Below the pieces are notes generated by a model, which had not been told where the DNA came from, did no database searches, and worked only from the letters and a program-made list of their open reading frames with translations. The translations under genes and the position numbers were made by a program. From a virus (taxonomy: Duplodnaviria; Caudoviricetes), in the IMG/VR virus record IMGVR_UViG_2786546892_000017: a DNA stretch of 64,000 bases; one strand, 5' to 3'. Each line of letters starts with the position of its first letter. Position 1 is the first letter of the stretch. Of the stretch, positions 45,488-55,559 are shown piece after piece.

Positions 45488-46204
45488 TTACGTCTTCGAC
45501 AGATTCACATTGACTTGCACCGCCGGCTGAGCCGGATCTGGCGATACTGACGATACTGACGATAGCAGTTGCGCGGCCGACTGGTTACCATCCAGCTTCC
45601 ACGACCGGACCAAGCCACTCGTCGCTTGATAAGCCGCCTGCGTGCCCCGAGCGTCAGCCGCAAAGCTCATTGCCCCCTTCGCGGCTATGCCGTACTTGGC
45701 CGCCTCTTGGATCGCGTCTTGGTTCGCACCCAGGAACAGGAATTGCCAGCCATATTTGGTCGTCTGGTGTGCCACCCGCTCGTTCAATTGGACACGCGTG
45801 AACAGCCGAGACTGGTTTTCTTCGCCGTCGGTCATGATGACGACGACCACCTTGTCTGGGCGGTCCGCATCGCTCATGCGGGCGAGCCGGGTGCCGGTGC
45901 GGTCGATGGCGATGCATACCGCGTCGATCAAAGCCGTGCCGCCCCGCGGTTTGAACGTTTCGGCCGACAACCGAGGGGCATCGGTCTGTGGCTTGGCTTC
46001 GAACACGACGAGCGGGAACTCCTCGCCCGCACCCCGGGCCGACGCCGTGTCATCGAATTGGATCATTGTCCAACACCCTTCGCCGGGCACCCGCGTCTGT
46101 TCCTCGACAAACGTGTTGAACCCGGCGATCGTTGCTTCCTTGATGGACGACATCGAGCCCGATCGGTCCAGGATCATCGTGATGTCCGTGAAATCTCTCG
46201 GCAT
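45488..46204 (-). CDS. von Willebrand factor A domain protein
   Basis: ILDRSGSM MIDAS, PRGGTALIDA, IMTDGEENQS. Confidence 0.9.
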   Translation of the reverse strand: MPRDFTDITMILDRSGSMSSIKEATIAGFNTFVEEQTRVPGEGCWTMIQFDDTASARGAGEEFPLVVFEAKPQTDAPRLSAETFKPRGGTALIDAVCIAIDRTGTRLARMSDADRPDKVVVVIMTDGEENQSRLFTRVQLNERVAHQTTKYGWQFLFLGANQDAIQEAAKYGIAAKGAMSFAADARGTQAAYQATSGLVRSWKLDGNQSAAQLLSSVSSVSPDPAQPAVQVNVNLSKT

Positions 46205-46254
46205 ACCGTCAACCCTCGTGTCGTTGTGTAAAAGTTCGTACCCACCCCACCCCT

Positions 46255-46280
46255 ACTTTACCCGCCCGCGTTGCCTGAGT
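46255..46280 (-). promoter_or_regulatory. class I promoter (vWA-groES)
   Basis: ACTCAGGCAACG-N8-TAAAGT. Confidence 0.8.
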
Positions 46281-46291
46281 CGGCCACCGGC

Positions 46292-46660
46292 TCACCCGTA
46301 CCCCTTGTCGAGCGGGTCCGGCCCAGTCGCCGGGTCGAAGTCGGGTCCGTAAGGGTCGACCGGCTTGGGATCTACCAGCCTCGCTTTTATCGCCTCGCCC
46401 CCCGTTACAGGCTCAAACCGCTCGCGAAATGTCTCGTCGCCCGCCACCTCAACCGCGATCCCATCCCTGAGAATGAGCCAGTCGCCCGGGTGGACGTCTT
46501 GTCCCGTGGCCACCAACTGCCAGGCCGATGCGTACTTCAGGCGGGCGGGGTCGGGGCGGTGTCGCAGCCCCATTGCCACCACCAGGCGAGGATCAGAATG
46601 AGTTGTCTCGGGCCACTGGACAGCCTCGACGGTGACAGGTTTGGTGCGGAACGTCGGCAT
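46292..46660 (-). CDS. small phage protein (KPVxVEAxQ family)
   Basis: FRTKPVTVEAVQW...GDWLI...FRERFE. Confidence 0.65.
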   Translation of the reverse strand: MPTFRTKPVTVEAVQWPETTHSDPRLVVAMGLRHRPDPARLKYASAWQLVATGQDVHPGDWLILRDGIAVEVAGDETFRERFEPVTGGEAIKARLVDPKPVDPYGPDFDPATGPDPLDKGYG

Positions 46661-46956
46661 TACTCATACTCCGCCACAGTCTGGAACATCGCCCCAAATT
46701 CGCCGCCCGTGTACACCACCCTGGCTGTCGCTCCGTACCACGCCTCGAAGTCTACGAGCCAGTCCCCCGCCGTCAGGGCCCGGTCCGCGAACGGGCACAC
46801 GTAGACAACCTGCCCCTCGTGGGGAGCGGCGAGGATCTTGTAACGTGCGGCTTGGTCTATGTCGCCGGGGCGGAATTGCTCGGCCTCGACGGGCACGGTC
46901 CGGCCCACGATCGTGGACGGGACGTGTGGTTGCAGGACGAATCGCGGCATGGTCAC
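46660..46956 (-). CDS. small phage protein, paralog of 46292..46660
   Basis: VEAEQF...GDWLV...F..F. Confidence 0.55.
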   Translation of the reverse strand: MTMPRFVLQPHVPSTIVGRTVPVEAEQFRPGDIDQAARYKILAAPHEGQVVYVCPFADRALTAGDWLVDFEAWYGATARVVYTGGEFGAMFQTVAEYE

Positions 46957-47190
46957 TTGTCCCCTTTCTTCTTCTTTGCATCCCGTCCGATCTTTGCCAT
47001 TTCCTTCGCTAGAGACGCGATGGCGCCAGATGACATCAGTGTAATGGTGAACGAATCCCTAGCGGTGTAGATGGTCAGTTGAAAGAGGTCGTCGAAATCA
47101 TCGCCCCTGCTGTTCTTTTGGGGCGCAGCCTCTACAGTGGGGCAATCGGCGTTCACGGATACAATGTGCGCCACAACTCAACCCTCTGGC

Positions 47191-47568
47191 CTACCCGATC
47201 CTCACCGACCCGCCCGCCGAAATACTCCCGCCCAGCCGACCCGCTGCCCTGACGCTGCCGCCCGCCGTAACATCCCCGGCGACGGAGCCACACGTTACCG
47301 ACCCGCCAGCCGACACGTCATTCGCATTTCCGGTGACAGTTGCATCCCCGTCGGCCGTCAGGTTGCCGACATCGCCCGTGATGTTCACGACCACGCTACC
47401 GGACTGCGAATAGGTCGTCGCCTTCCGGCCGCCGATCGTGACGATACCGTTGACGATCGAGATGTTGGCGCCCGCGGGCATGTCGATGGCGACGCCGTTG
47501 ATGGTCATTTGGCCCATGTTTCCGCCTCTGATGTTGATGCTCACGGTGTCACATCCCCGACGAATCAA
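47191..47568 (-). CDS. glycine-rich beta-helix repeat protein
   Basis: repeats of G.V.AGGSV. Confidence 0.6.
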   Translation of the reverse strand: MIRRGCDTVSINIRGGNMGQMTINGVAIDMPAGANISIVNGIVTIGGRKATTYSQSGSVVVNITGDVGNLTADGDATVTGNANDVSAGGSVTCGSVAGDVTAGGSVRAAGRLGGSISAGGSVRIG

Positions 47569-47869
47569 ACGACGAACCGCCGCAATCGAAATTACCGCCC
47601 CCGCCCCCGAAGTCCATCGGGCTGGAGTCTGCCGGCGGCGAGATAGACGGCGCGGACGTATCGGGGCACAAAGGCGGCGACGAATGGTGCGACAAAGTGT
47701 CGCTATAGATCCCGTACGGGCACAGGGGACTGAGGATGTTCAGCGGCGACAGGATGTTCGTCGGGTTGGTCAAATCGTCGGAAGGTGTGGGCGGCGGCAA
47801 TGCCCCACCCACGAACGACTTCGATTTCTCGCCCTTCTTCTCTTTTGGCTTGCGGTTCCACGGCCACAT
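47549..47869 (-). CDS. low-complexity S/P/G-rich protein
   Basis: MWPWNRK..., ends DFGGGGGNFDCGGSS; follows class I promoter. Confidence 0.5.
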   Translation of the reverse strand: MWPWNRKPKEKKGEKSKSFVGGALPPPTPSDDLTNPTNILSPLNILSPLCPYGIYSDTLSHHSSPPLCPDTSAPSISPPADSSPMDFGGGGGNFDCGGSSFDSSGM

Positions 47870-47908
47870 GAGTCGGTCTCCGTCGGGTGAAGTTAGTCGC
47901 CCGTGATC

Positions 47909-47978
47909 ATCCTACCCGCTCGCGTTGCCTGAGTGATTTCGGGAGCCGCACGAGTCAGGCAACGGGAGGCGGTAGAGT
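47909..47978. promoter_or_regulatory. back-to-back pair of class I promoters
   Basis: - box-N8-TAGGAT (47909..47934) and + box-N8-TAGAGT (47953..47978). Confidence 0.8.
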
Positions 47979-48442
47979 AGATGGCGAGGGCGAATCATCC
48001 ACCGGGGTCACGAAATGACAGCACGGGGCATCGAGAATCTGAATTGGTCGTCAGGCGTTGTCGGCGTGACTTTCGGCGTCTTGGGAGTCACTGGTGGGGT
48101 TCTGAATTGGTGGTCCGACCCAGTGATTGCTTCATTGCTTACCGTCGGCCTTCTTTCGCCGTTCAACCTCATGATGGCGTACAGGCTTCGCACGCAACGT
48201 CTGCAAACTCACGGGGATCATAAATGACCTACCACGCCGCCACACTCGGCCAGATCCGGCAAGCCGTCAACGCCTTCATCGAACGGCTCGGGCCGGATGC
48301 CCCGATCCGCCACCGAGTCGACCACGACTTCCTCACCCTGTGGTGGGTGCAGGTGGACTTTGCGACGGGGCAGGTTGTGACCGAGGGGCCGACGCCGAGT
48401 CAGGCGAATGCCGTGCTGGTCGACTGAACAGGAGAATCCACT

Positions 48443-48913
48443 GTGTCTCGTTCCACATCTGATCTTTACCAGAGGGTCAGAGAAAGCGTCCCTTGTCATC
48501 TTGAGGAGGCCATCCCTGTGAGCTTCGGAAAATACATCTATCTCGGACCCTATGTTGTCTGCCAACGTCCGGCGACAATGGGTCAGGACGACTACATGGC
48601 CATGAAGCGGGAATTCCACGACGATAAGGATCGCCTCATCTGCATGCGGCGAGACACTCGTAACGATGACCGCGTGGCCACTAGGCACGTCTGGACGTCC
48701 AACCGCCGCGACGCCGAACCGTCCGGCCGGTCGTGGCACCTACCCTGGAACGATGCGACGGTCGCGGCTTACGACGCCGCTGACGTGCAAACCGACACCG
48801 CCATCTTCAATTCCTTCTACAAAGTCGAGCTGCACATGCTGAGGAAGTTCTACGGGACCGACAACGTAGCCGTGCGGTGGGGCTTGCTGCACTTTTGGAT
48901 GGGCGACGAATGA
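48443..48913 (+). CDS. hypothetical protein in plus-strand accessory operon (48015..50104)
   Basis: GGAG RBS; chain of overlapping ORFs after class I promoter 47953. Confidence 0.5.
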   Translation: MSRSTSDLYQRVRESVPCHLEEAIPVSFGKYIYLGPYVVCQRPATMGQDDYMAMKREFHDDKDRLICMRRDTRNDDRVATRHVWTSNRRDAEPSGRSWHLPWNDATVAAYDAADVQTDTAIFNSFYKVELHMLRKFYGTDNVAVRWGLLHFWMGDE

Positions 48914-49372
48914 TCCCCCGCATCCCCCGCTCCTTCACCCACCTAATGCGACTCGAATGCTACGCCTTCAACCGCTGGCGGCGGACGCTCTCGCCGCTCT
49001 GGTTAAGACTTGGGGCGGCGTGCAATCGGGCGGTCAAAGATCACCCCGAGTACCGAGGAGTCTGATGACGAACGAACAGATCGTGGAAGCCCTTGAGACA
49101 TTCGTTGACGAAGCCGACGTCAACGTCGAGGGGGACGGTCGTGTTGTCTTCGCTACAAAGCTCCGGCCGGGCGAAGGGGAAACGTACGGCGACGTGGCGG
49201 GCGACGAGATGTGGCAGATCAAATGGGAACTCGACCATCTCGGGTTAGAATCCCCCGACATCGCCCATGAGGGGAAATGGGTCTGTGGGTCGGTCCGTGA
49301 GAAATCACCGCCGCCTTTCCCGCCCGACTTGTTCGCCCCCGTCACCACCCCCGCCTACTCCGGGTACATCGT

Positions 49373-50104
49373 ATGACCGAGAGGGACGCCCTGCTGCGGG
49401 CGGTACTGGAGAACCCAGACGACGACTTGCCGCGTCTGGTGATGGCGGACTGGCTGGAAGAACACGGCCAAGAGAGCGAGGCGGTGAAAATTAGATATGG
49501 CGTGGCCAATCCGCATGAAACAGAGGGGAAATATTTGGCCCAAGCCATGTCGTTCGCATCTATTCGTCGCGGCTTCATCGAACAAGTTGCGTGCCCGTGC
49601 GAAGTGTTTATGGCCAAGGCGGGGGAGTGGTTCGGAGTGCAGCCAATTACGCGGGTGGTACTAAGCGACAAGCGGCCACATCTTCCGCACGTCGGGAGAC
49701 CGGGCGAGACAAGGCATCTGGACTACAGCCCCTGGAAAGCTTTCTATTGGAACTCACCCTACCACTGGAGCGAGCGGTTCATGGACTGGCGAGGCGATAA
49801 TTCGGTCCCCCATGTCCTGCCCGCACAATTGCTTTCTCGGTTCCCTCCGGAATACGTAAAAGCTGTATACGAACAAGAAAACGGCCAGCGGGGTATGCAC
49901 CGCCGCGGCTACGAATTCCCTGCACACAAAACGATAACGTCGTTGCACTGGGATAACCAAATTTCATACCGACTTATCTACAGTCCACAGAGTTTTAATT
50001 TGTCCTTTGACCCCGAGCGATACTCCGAGATTTGCCTGTCCGCTGCCTGCGTCTCCTACGGCCGCACCCTCGCCGGATTGTCCCCGTACACGCCGGGAGT
50101 TTAG
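49373..50104 (+). CDS. TIGR02996 domain protein
   Basis: ERDALLRAVLENPDDDLPRLVMADWLEEHG...IRRGFIEQV. Confidence 0.85.
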   Translation: MTERDALLRAVLENPDDDLPRLVMADWLEEHGQESEAVKIRYGVANPHETEGKYLAQAMSFASIRRGFIEQVACPCEVFMAKAGEWFGVQPITRVVLSDKRPHLPHVGRPGETRHLDYSPWKAFYWNSPYHWSERFMDWRGDNSVPHVLPAQLLSRFPPEYVKAVYEQENGQRGMHRRGYEFPAHKTITSLHWDNQISYRLIYSPQSFNLSFDPERYSEICLSAACVSYGRTLAGLSPYTPGV

Positions 50105-51750
50105 CGGCCCCCGCCCGCCACGGCGACGACGAGGCCGCCGCTCCTGCCCTCGTAGTACGCCAAGTTCATCGCGTCCATTCCATCTGGGGATCGGCCAATT
50201 TTCTTCTTGGTGTCATCTTTCGGCTCGACGCTTCGCCGGCCCTTTGAGTCGGGCCACCAGATCGGCGCCAACGCCTGCGATTCGAGACGAGCCACGACCC
50301 CCGACTTCCGGGCGTTCAACGCGGCGAGACTTAGCCGCCCACTTTTCGCCCGCTCGACCGTCGAGAACCACAGCTCGTGCCTCACCTTCTCGTACTTATC
50401 AGAATCCTTAGCCGTCTCGGAGCTGTTAACCGGAATCACGTTGTATTTATCGGCCCGGAGGATGCTGACAACGCCGCCCCCGCACCCGGTATCATCGACC
50501 TTCATCTTGATCTGCTTTGCTGTGACCGCTGGTAGCGTCTTCGGTCTATCCTTGTTAGCTAATGCCGCTAATTCGGCCACCACATCCTTCAGCCGTGTGG
50601 CCACGCGGACTTCATCCCACCCATTCACAGCCTCGTGGTCCAAGCTCACGTTACCCCACCGGGAATGCGTCTCGGTCCAGTCGTCGCCGAAGCGGGCCAC
50701 GTCGCAACCCAACTCCGGAAACTCGTTCATCCGGTGCGGAGACCGATCATCATTTTTTACCGCCATCGACCACAACGCCTCGGACCATACCCCGTAAGTT
50801 CCGGCCGAGGGTCGCCGGCCGAGAACCCTGGCTTCGCCCAGTGGCCCGGGTCGCCACCACTGTCCGCTGCCGGGCGGGAATTCAATGTCCGTCGCCGCAT
50901 GAGAGTCCGCCGCGATTCGTTCGAACCAATCTCCCAGCCACGTCCTGACCTGTTCGACAGACACCGCGTTCGGGATCGGTACGGGCAGCGGTAACTCGCC
51001 CCGTGCGATCCGCCCCTCGTTCTCCAGGCCGACGGCTATGTTCGGGTGGCTGAGGCTACTGACCGTGAACACCTGCCACTTACGAAGCCCGTCAGCGCCC
51101 ACCGCTCGCTCTTCGATGAAACTCTGACTGGTCGTCGTCGTGGGGTTCAGAATCGCGAAGAAAGCGTGGTCGCCGTTGGGGTGGAACATCGTCTCCGCCG
51201 TCTGCCAGTAGTTCGCACTGACGCCCTCGGCCTCATCGAATACGAACAACATCCGGGCGCGGTGCCGCCCCTGGAAACTCTCACCTTTGCTGGCCGTGTA
51301 CCCTTTGGCGTAGTGGTCGTCGCCCGTGCGCATCTCGGGCGCCGCGGGACCGATGAAGTCGAACGGGAGAGGTAGTTTCGCACGCTGCCGTTGCAGCCTC
51401 ACTTCAGTCCAAAGGAGATCCACCACGTCCCGCTTTGTGGGCGCCGTGGTAATGGCCACCCCGGGCTTCCGGGTGTCGTACCACCAGTTGACGAGCCACG
51501 CCGCAAGAAACGTCTTTCCGATCGAATGGCCCGACTTCACGAGCACTCGGTACGGTGGGCAGAGAATGGCCGGTGCGATTTGGGATTGATCTGGCGTGGG
51601 TAGAATACCAAGCACGTCACGCGCGTAACCGAGAGGATCATTCAAGTAGGCAGAGAAATCCCGATCGATGCTGGCTGAATCGTCACCCATCTCTTCTTCG
51701 ATCTGACGGGCGAGGCGGTCGATGGCGTTGCTCGTTGCGAACGACTTCAC
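50101..51750 (-). CDS. terminase large subunit
   Basis: KSGHSIGKT Walker A, FVFDEA Walker B, GCDVARFGDD nuclease, SPDGMDA. Confidence 0.93.
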   Translation of the reverse strand: MKSFATSNAIDRLARQIEEEMGDDSASIDRDFSAYLNDPLGYARDVLGILPTPDQSQIAPAILCPPYRVLVKSGHSIGKTFLAAWLVNWWYDTRKPGVAITTAPTKRDVVDLLWTEVRLQRQRAKLPLPFDFIGPAAPEMRTGDDHYAKGYTASKGESFQGRHRARMLFVFDEAEGVSANYWQTAETMFHPNGDHAFFAILNPTTTTSQSFIEERAVGADGLRKWQVFTVSSLSHPNIAVGLENEGRIARGELPLPVPIPNAVSVEQVRTWLGDWFERIAADSHAATDIEFPPGSGQWWRPGPLGEARVLGRRPSAGTYGVWSEALWSMAVKNDDRSPHRMNEFPELGCDVARFGDDWTETHSRWGNVSLDHEAVNGWDEVRVATRLKDVVAELAALANKDRPKTLPAVTAKQIKMKVDDTGCGGGVVSILRADKYNVIPVNSSETAKDSDKYEKVRHELWFSTVERAKSGRLSLAALNARKSGVVARLESQALAPIWWPDSKGRRSVEPKDDTKKKIGRSPDGMDAMNLAYYEGRSGGLVVAVAGGGR

Positions 51751-52316
51751 TTCTTGCCCGCCCGCTTCGCCGTGAGCTCCGCCAGTTTCTCCGATAATTC
51801 TTTCACCTTGTCCGCCATGCCCAGTAACCCGACGAGTTCGACCCGCTTCTCAACACAGTAGCCCACGATGCGAAGAAATTCGGCCGACCCGTCCCGCCCA
51901 GCTTTCTTCACCTTCCGGCTAATCGGTGTGCCGGGCAGAGGCGGGGCGTTGTCACCTGCCACAGCCGGAACATCTTCAACGTCAATCGTCACCGCATCAG
52001 CCTGGCTCCGCTCCCACGCCCGCCACGCCTCTGCCTCGACGCGGTCCAGTTTCGCCATCTCTTGGGCCACTCGCCGCCCGTAAGCAGTCCGGGCTTCCTT
52101 CACCCACTCCGCGCGGATCGCCTTCAGGTCTTCGCTGATGACCGACTGGGTAACCCCGACATCGGGCGAGTTGGCAATGTCCCATTGGGTATGCCCGGTC
52201 AGATACAACCGAGCCACGATCGCTCGTCGGGCGGTAATTGCAGTGTCGACGGCTGTGGAGCGGCGGCTCACTCGGTATTGCCTTAAACGTATTGGGCCAC
52301 GGCCGCTCCGCCACAC
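51747..52316 (-). CDS. terminase small subunit
   Basis: HTH RRAIVARLYLTG.TQ.DIA...GV....IS.DL; coupled to large subunit. Confidence 0.75.
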   Translation of the reverse strand: MWRSGRGPIRLRQYRVSRRSTAVDTAITARRAIVARLYLTGHTQWDIANSPDVGVTQSVISEDLKAIRAEWVKEARTAYGRRVAQEMAKLDRVEAEAWRAWERSQADAVTIDVEDVPAVAGDNAPPLPGTPISRKVKKAGRDGSAEFLRIVGYCVEKRVELVGLLGMADKVKELSEKLAELTAKRAGKK

Positions 52317-52366
52317 AGGGTTACTGAGCGGGAAACGGCGGGTTGAGCGGTGGCCATGATACCCTG

Positions 52367-52390
52367 ATAGTGCGGGGCGGGCGGGAACTA
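52367..52390 (-). promoter_or_regulatory. class II promoter (terminase)
   Basis: TAGTTCCC-N10-CACTAT. Confidence 0.75.
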
Positions 52391-52906
52391 CGCTGGAGGG
52401 GTGACATTGGCATCGTGGAGCCGCCCCTTAGCCCACGCGATGGACGCGGGCATGTTCTCGACGGTGTCAACCACCACCTCGTGCGTATCGCTTCCGCATG
52501 TTTCCAATCGCTCGATTTGTCCAAACTCCTTGTCAAGAACGAGAATGTCAAAGCGTGGCTTCTCGGATGACAACTGGTCTAGCTTGTATCCGAGTTCGGT
52601 CAGATTTTTCAGCGACGGCGGGCGCTTCGGGCATCCCTGATCGAGATCGTGTTCACGGGGGCGGGAGTAGTGGTCAGTCACCTCGGCCGAGATGCCCATA
52701 ACCACCATCTCTTCTTCCCATGTGGTCTGGGTGTCCTTGTCCCAAAACACTTTGACGACCCGGATATTGGTCGGTGCCGGGGAAACAGTAACCGCCCGCG
52801 GACGGAAAAAGTACACTCGCGGGTCCGGCTTGTATCGCCGGGGTTCACGGGTCGCAGAGGGTTGTTCAGCGGACATAATCGGCTCCCCATTGGTAATGGA
52901 AATCAC
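52388..52906 (-). CDS. hypothetical protein
   Basis: stop is TAG of the terminase class II box. Confidence 0.5.
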   Translation of the reverse strand: MISITNGEPIMSAEQPSATREPRRYKPDPRVYFFRPRAVTVSPAPTNIRVVKVFWDKDTQTTWEEEMVVMGISAEVTDHYSRPREHDLDQGCPKRPPSLKNLTELGYKLDQLSSEKPRFDILVLDKEFGQIERLETCGSDTHEVVVDTVENMPASIAWAKGRLHDANVTPPA

Positions 52907-53934
52907 TCGCCGTCGACCTGAATCACACCGCCCGGCGGGTTCTGGCCCGTCCCGAATAGGACCCGGGCTTCTTCGTCACTCATCCCGTCAAGGGGGAGGG
53001 TTTGTATCGCTTTCCTGAACGCCGCCCAACGGCTCCCGGGTCCGCTACGTGGGGAAAGTCGAACAGGAACTGGTGGCGGTTCAGGATCGATGACCCGCCC
53101 CGACATCGTGCGGTTCCCGTTCGCTATCGGAGGCATGTTGTAAAACCTCCGCAGCTCGTTCACGGTGATGGCGTCAATGCGAAATCCGAGTTGGATGCTG
53201 TCGTCCCAGCCACCAGGGTTGCCTGGTGGCCCCCACCGCTCGACCTCCACCGTCACCCCCAAATCCGCTGTCAGTAACGCGGCGGCGTGATCCTGATAAT
53301 ATTGGAAGGTGTTTGCGAACGGCACAGCGGGCCATCCAGCAAAATCTTGCGGCCAAGAGCCCCGGTAAATGGTTCTCGCACCATCCCGCATCTCGAACCC
53401 CATCGCCTTGTCGTTGCCGTCCATAAACAGCCACAGATTCTCGGCCGCCAGCCCGATCCGCTCCAGCCCCGGGCACGCCCGCACGAATTCCCGGGCGTGG
53501 GGGAGGAATCGGGAGGGGGTCACACGGTCGATACCCCGGACGAGCCCGCGGTCGAATTGGAGCCAGAAACTGTCGCCGTTCCGCTCAACCACGCGGATCA
53601 TTCCGCACCGCGGATCGACAGTGGCACCGGGGTCGCCATCGACCCACGGGAGCGGTGGCAGCCACTCCCAGACGTGATCGCGGAGCAACTTGTGGGCAGT
53701 CGCCATCAGCTGCTTTTGGCGGTCTAGATTGGGCCCGGACCACCCGATATCGACCACCCACCCGGGGATACGCTGCATCTCGCACTGTGCCCGGATAAAC
53801 CACGCCCGCTCCGGTTGCCCGCCCCTCTCCTCGTACCAGTCAGCCAGCACGAGTCGGGGCAGGTCGTCGGCGGGGGCCGCGCGGACGGCTTCGAGGAGGG
53901 CGAGTTCGTCAAACGATGCGATTGCCGTCATCAT
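52903..53934 (-). CDS. TIGR02996 domain protein
   Basis: ELALLEAVRAAPADDLPRLVLADWYEERG...FIRAQC...FDRGLV. Confidence 0.85.
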   Translation of the reverse strand: MMTAIASFDELALLEAVRAAPADDLPRLVLADWYEERGGQPERAWFIRAQCEMQRIPGWVVDIGWSGPNLDRQKQLMATAHKLLRDHVWEWLPPLPWVDGDPGATVDPRCGMIRVVERNGDSFWLQFDRGLVRGIDRVTPSRFLPHAREFVRACPGLERIGLAAENLWLFMDGNDKAMGFEMRDGARTIYRGSWPQDFAGWPAVPFANTFQYYQDHAAALLTADLGVTVEVERWGPPGNPGGWDDSIQLGFRIDAITVNELRRFYNMPPIANGNRTMSGRVIDPEPPPVPVRLSPRSGPGSRWAAFRKAIQTLPLDGMSDEEARVLFGTGQNPPGGVIQVDGE

Positions 53935-54128
53935 ACTCTCATGTTGGCGATGTTGATAAGCATATCAGCGATCTGACTAATAGTTTCCCTCACCGCGAAC
54001 GCTTCCTTTTCGACTGACGTTGAAATCACGGTGTACTTATCATTCGCTTCAGCCGAAACGAAGTGGTCCAGGTTGACCAAAATCTCTCGCCCCGACACAG
54101 CACCCGTCAGTTTAAGCCAAGCGTTCAT
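53931..54128 (-). CDS. small FlbD-like phage protein
   Basis: WLKLT...ILVNLDHF...VRET..QI. Confidence 0.55.
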   Translation of the reverse strand: MNAWLKLTGAVSGREILVNLDHFVSAEANDKYTVISTSVEKEAFAVRETISQIADMLINIANMRV

Positions 54129-54805
54129 TTATGTCCCTCCGAAGCGAATACGGTCCCGATGAACTTCCACTTCCACCCCGCACACTCGTCAATAATCCGT
54201 GCCGTCTGGCACCCAGTCTTCCCTACCCCGCATACCGTGGGGATCGTCACACGCTCAAGCCACGTCGTCTCCAGATTGGCGGCCCCGCTGACGTACCCGA
54301 CGACGACTTCCGGCCAGTCGACTCGGCCGGTCTTAATGAGGTACGCCCCGATTTGGGTTGGGGCGTCTTGCCACGGTTGGTCCGCGTTCGGTGCTACAGG
54401 GTCTACCGGCCGCGATAATGCAATCGGCCATTCGCATCGATACACAGTAAAGCTGACACAATCATCGGGGTCGATTTTGCGCACCAAGTCAGTTGGGGCC
54501 GGGTCACTGAGACCGGTGTCACCGCTGAAGGTCGGACGTTTCCAGGCGATCGGGCGTGGATTAGAGGAGACCCCGTTAGTGAACGAAAGTGGGGGCTGAA
54601 TCCCTCCCAGACTGCTCCGCCCATCGGATGGTTCGACACGGTATAACCTTACCTCCCCATCGGCGCAATGGCACCACCAGTGCCCCCGTTCGGTCGGATG
54701 ACTGCGCCACTCGTTGGTTAATCCCTTGTGCATGGTCGGCCCCGCTGTGATGAATTGCCCACGGGAATCATAGCGGGGCGCGTTGCCTGACTCGCTACGC
54801 CGCAC
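54125..54805 (-). CDS. hypothetical protein (start probably near 54733)
   Basis: two W...PT..G.W/Y repeats; class I promoter at 54767..54792. Confidence 0.5.
   Translation of the reverse strand: MRRSESGNAPRYDSRGQFITAGPTMHKGLTNEWRSHPTERGHWWCHCADGEVRLYRVEPSDGRSSLGGIQPPLSFTNGVSSNPRPIAWKRPTFSGDTGLSDPAPTDLVRKIDPDDCVSFTVYRCEWPIALSRPVDPVAPNADQPWQDAPTQIGAYLIKTGRVDWPEVVVGYVSGAANLETTWLERVTIPTVCGVGKTGCQTARIIDECAGWKWKFIGTVFASEGHK
54767..54792 (-). promoter_or_regulatory. class I promoter
   Basis: AGTCAGGCAACG-N8-TATGAT. Confidence 0.8.
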
Positions 54806-55559
54806 CCGTCACGCCGCCCACGCGGGCCGCCAACCGAAGCACCTCGGACTCGTCCACCTTCATCGCCTTGGCCTTGGCCTCAATCGCCTTAAACTCCTCT
54901 GGATACAGCCGGACGACCACCGTCTTAAATGCCGATGCGGGGGACGTGGGCGGCGGGGAGTTTTGGTTAACCGTAGCCCAGATCGCCTTGCACACGGCGG
55001 CCAGCGGCGCTTCGGAGTTACTGATCGCCACCACCCCCTTGTTGGGGTCGACCTTGACTGTCCGGTTGGGCTTCCGGTCCGCCATCGGTTCCGGCTTGCC
55101 GGGCTGCTTCGGCTCCCCGTGGATGACCGCCTTCTGAGCCTCCGGGGTCCGGATGGTGCTCTTGTTGAATACCTGGATGATCTCCCGCAGGCTCAATTCG
55201 TCGAGGTCCACGTCGCGGGAGAACTCGTCGCCCCCGACGAACACCGCGACCGCCTTCGTCTTGGCGAGCCGCTTCTGGTCCTTCATGTTCATCTCGGACA
55301 TCGCCGTCAGGAGCCGATACCGCCCCGCGTATTGGGCCACCAGCCCGGGGTGCAGGCGGCCGGTCCCAACCATCGGGAGCCACTTGGCGAACGAGCACTT
55401 GAATTTCGCCATGGGCACGCCGCGGTCTTCCAGTTCGCACCAGATGGCGGCCAACCGCGAGATCGACAGGGCGGACATTCTCATCAGCCGATCGAATTCA
55501 TCGACCAGTTGGCCCGTCGTCATTTGGGCCACGTTCGCCTTAGTGGTCTCGTCGTTCAT
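54795..55559 (-). CDS. hypothetical protein with C-terminal ribbon-helix-helix-like segment
   Basis: GGAG RBS; VVVRLYPEEFKAIEAKAK....SEVLR. Confidence 0.55.
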   Translation of the reverse strand: MNDETTKANVAQMTTGQLVDEFDRLMRMSALSISRLAAIWCELEDRGVPMAKFKCSFAKWLPMVGTGRLHPGLVAQYAGRYRLLTAMSEMNMKDQKRLAKTKAVAVFVGGDEFSRDVDLDELSLREIIQVFNKSTIRTPEAQKAVIHGEPKQPGKPEPMADRKPNRTVKVDPNKGVVAISNSEAPLAAVCKAIWATVNQNSPPPTSPASAFKTVVVRLYPEEFKAIEAKAKAMKVDESEVLRLAARVGGVTGAA

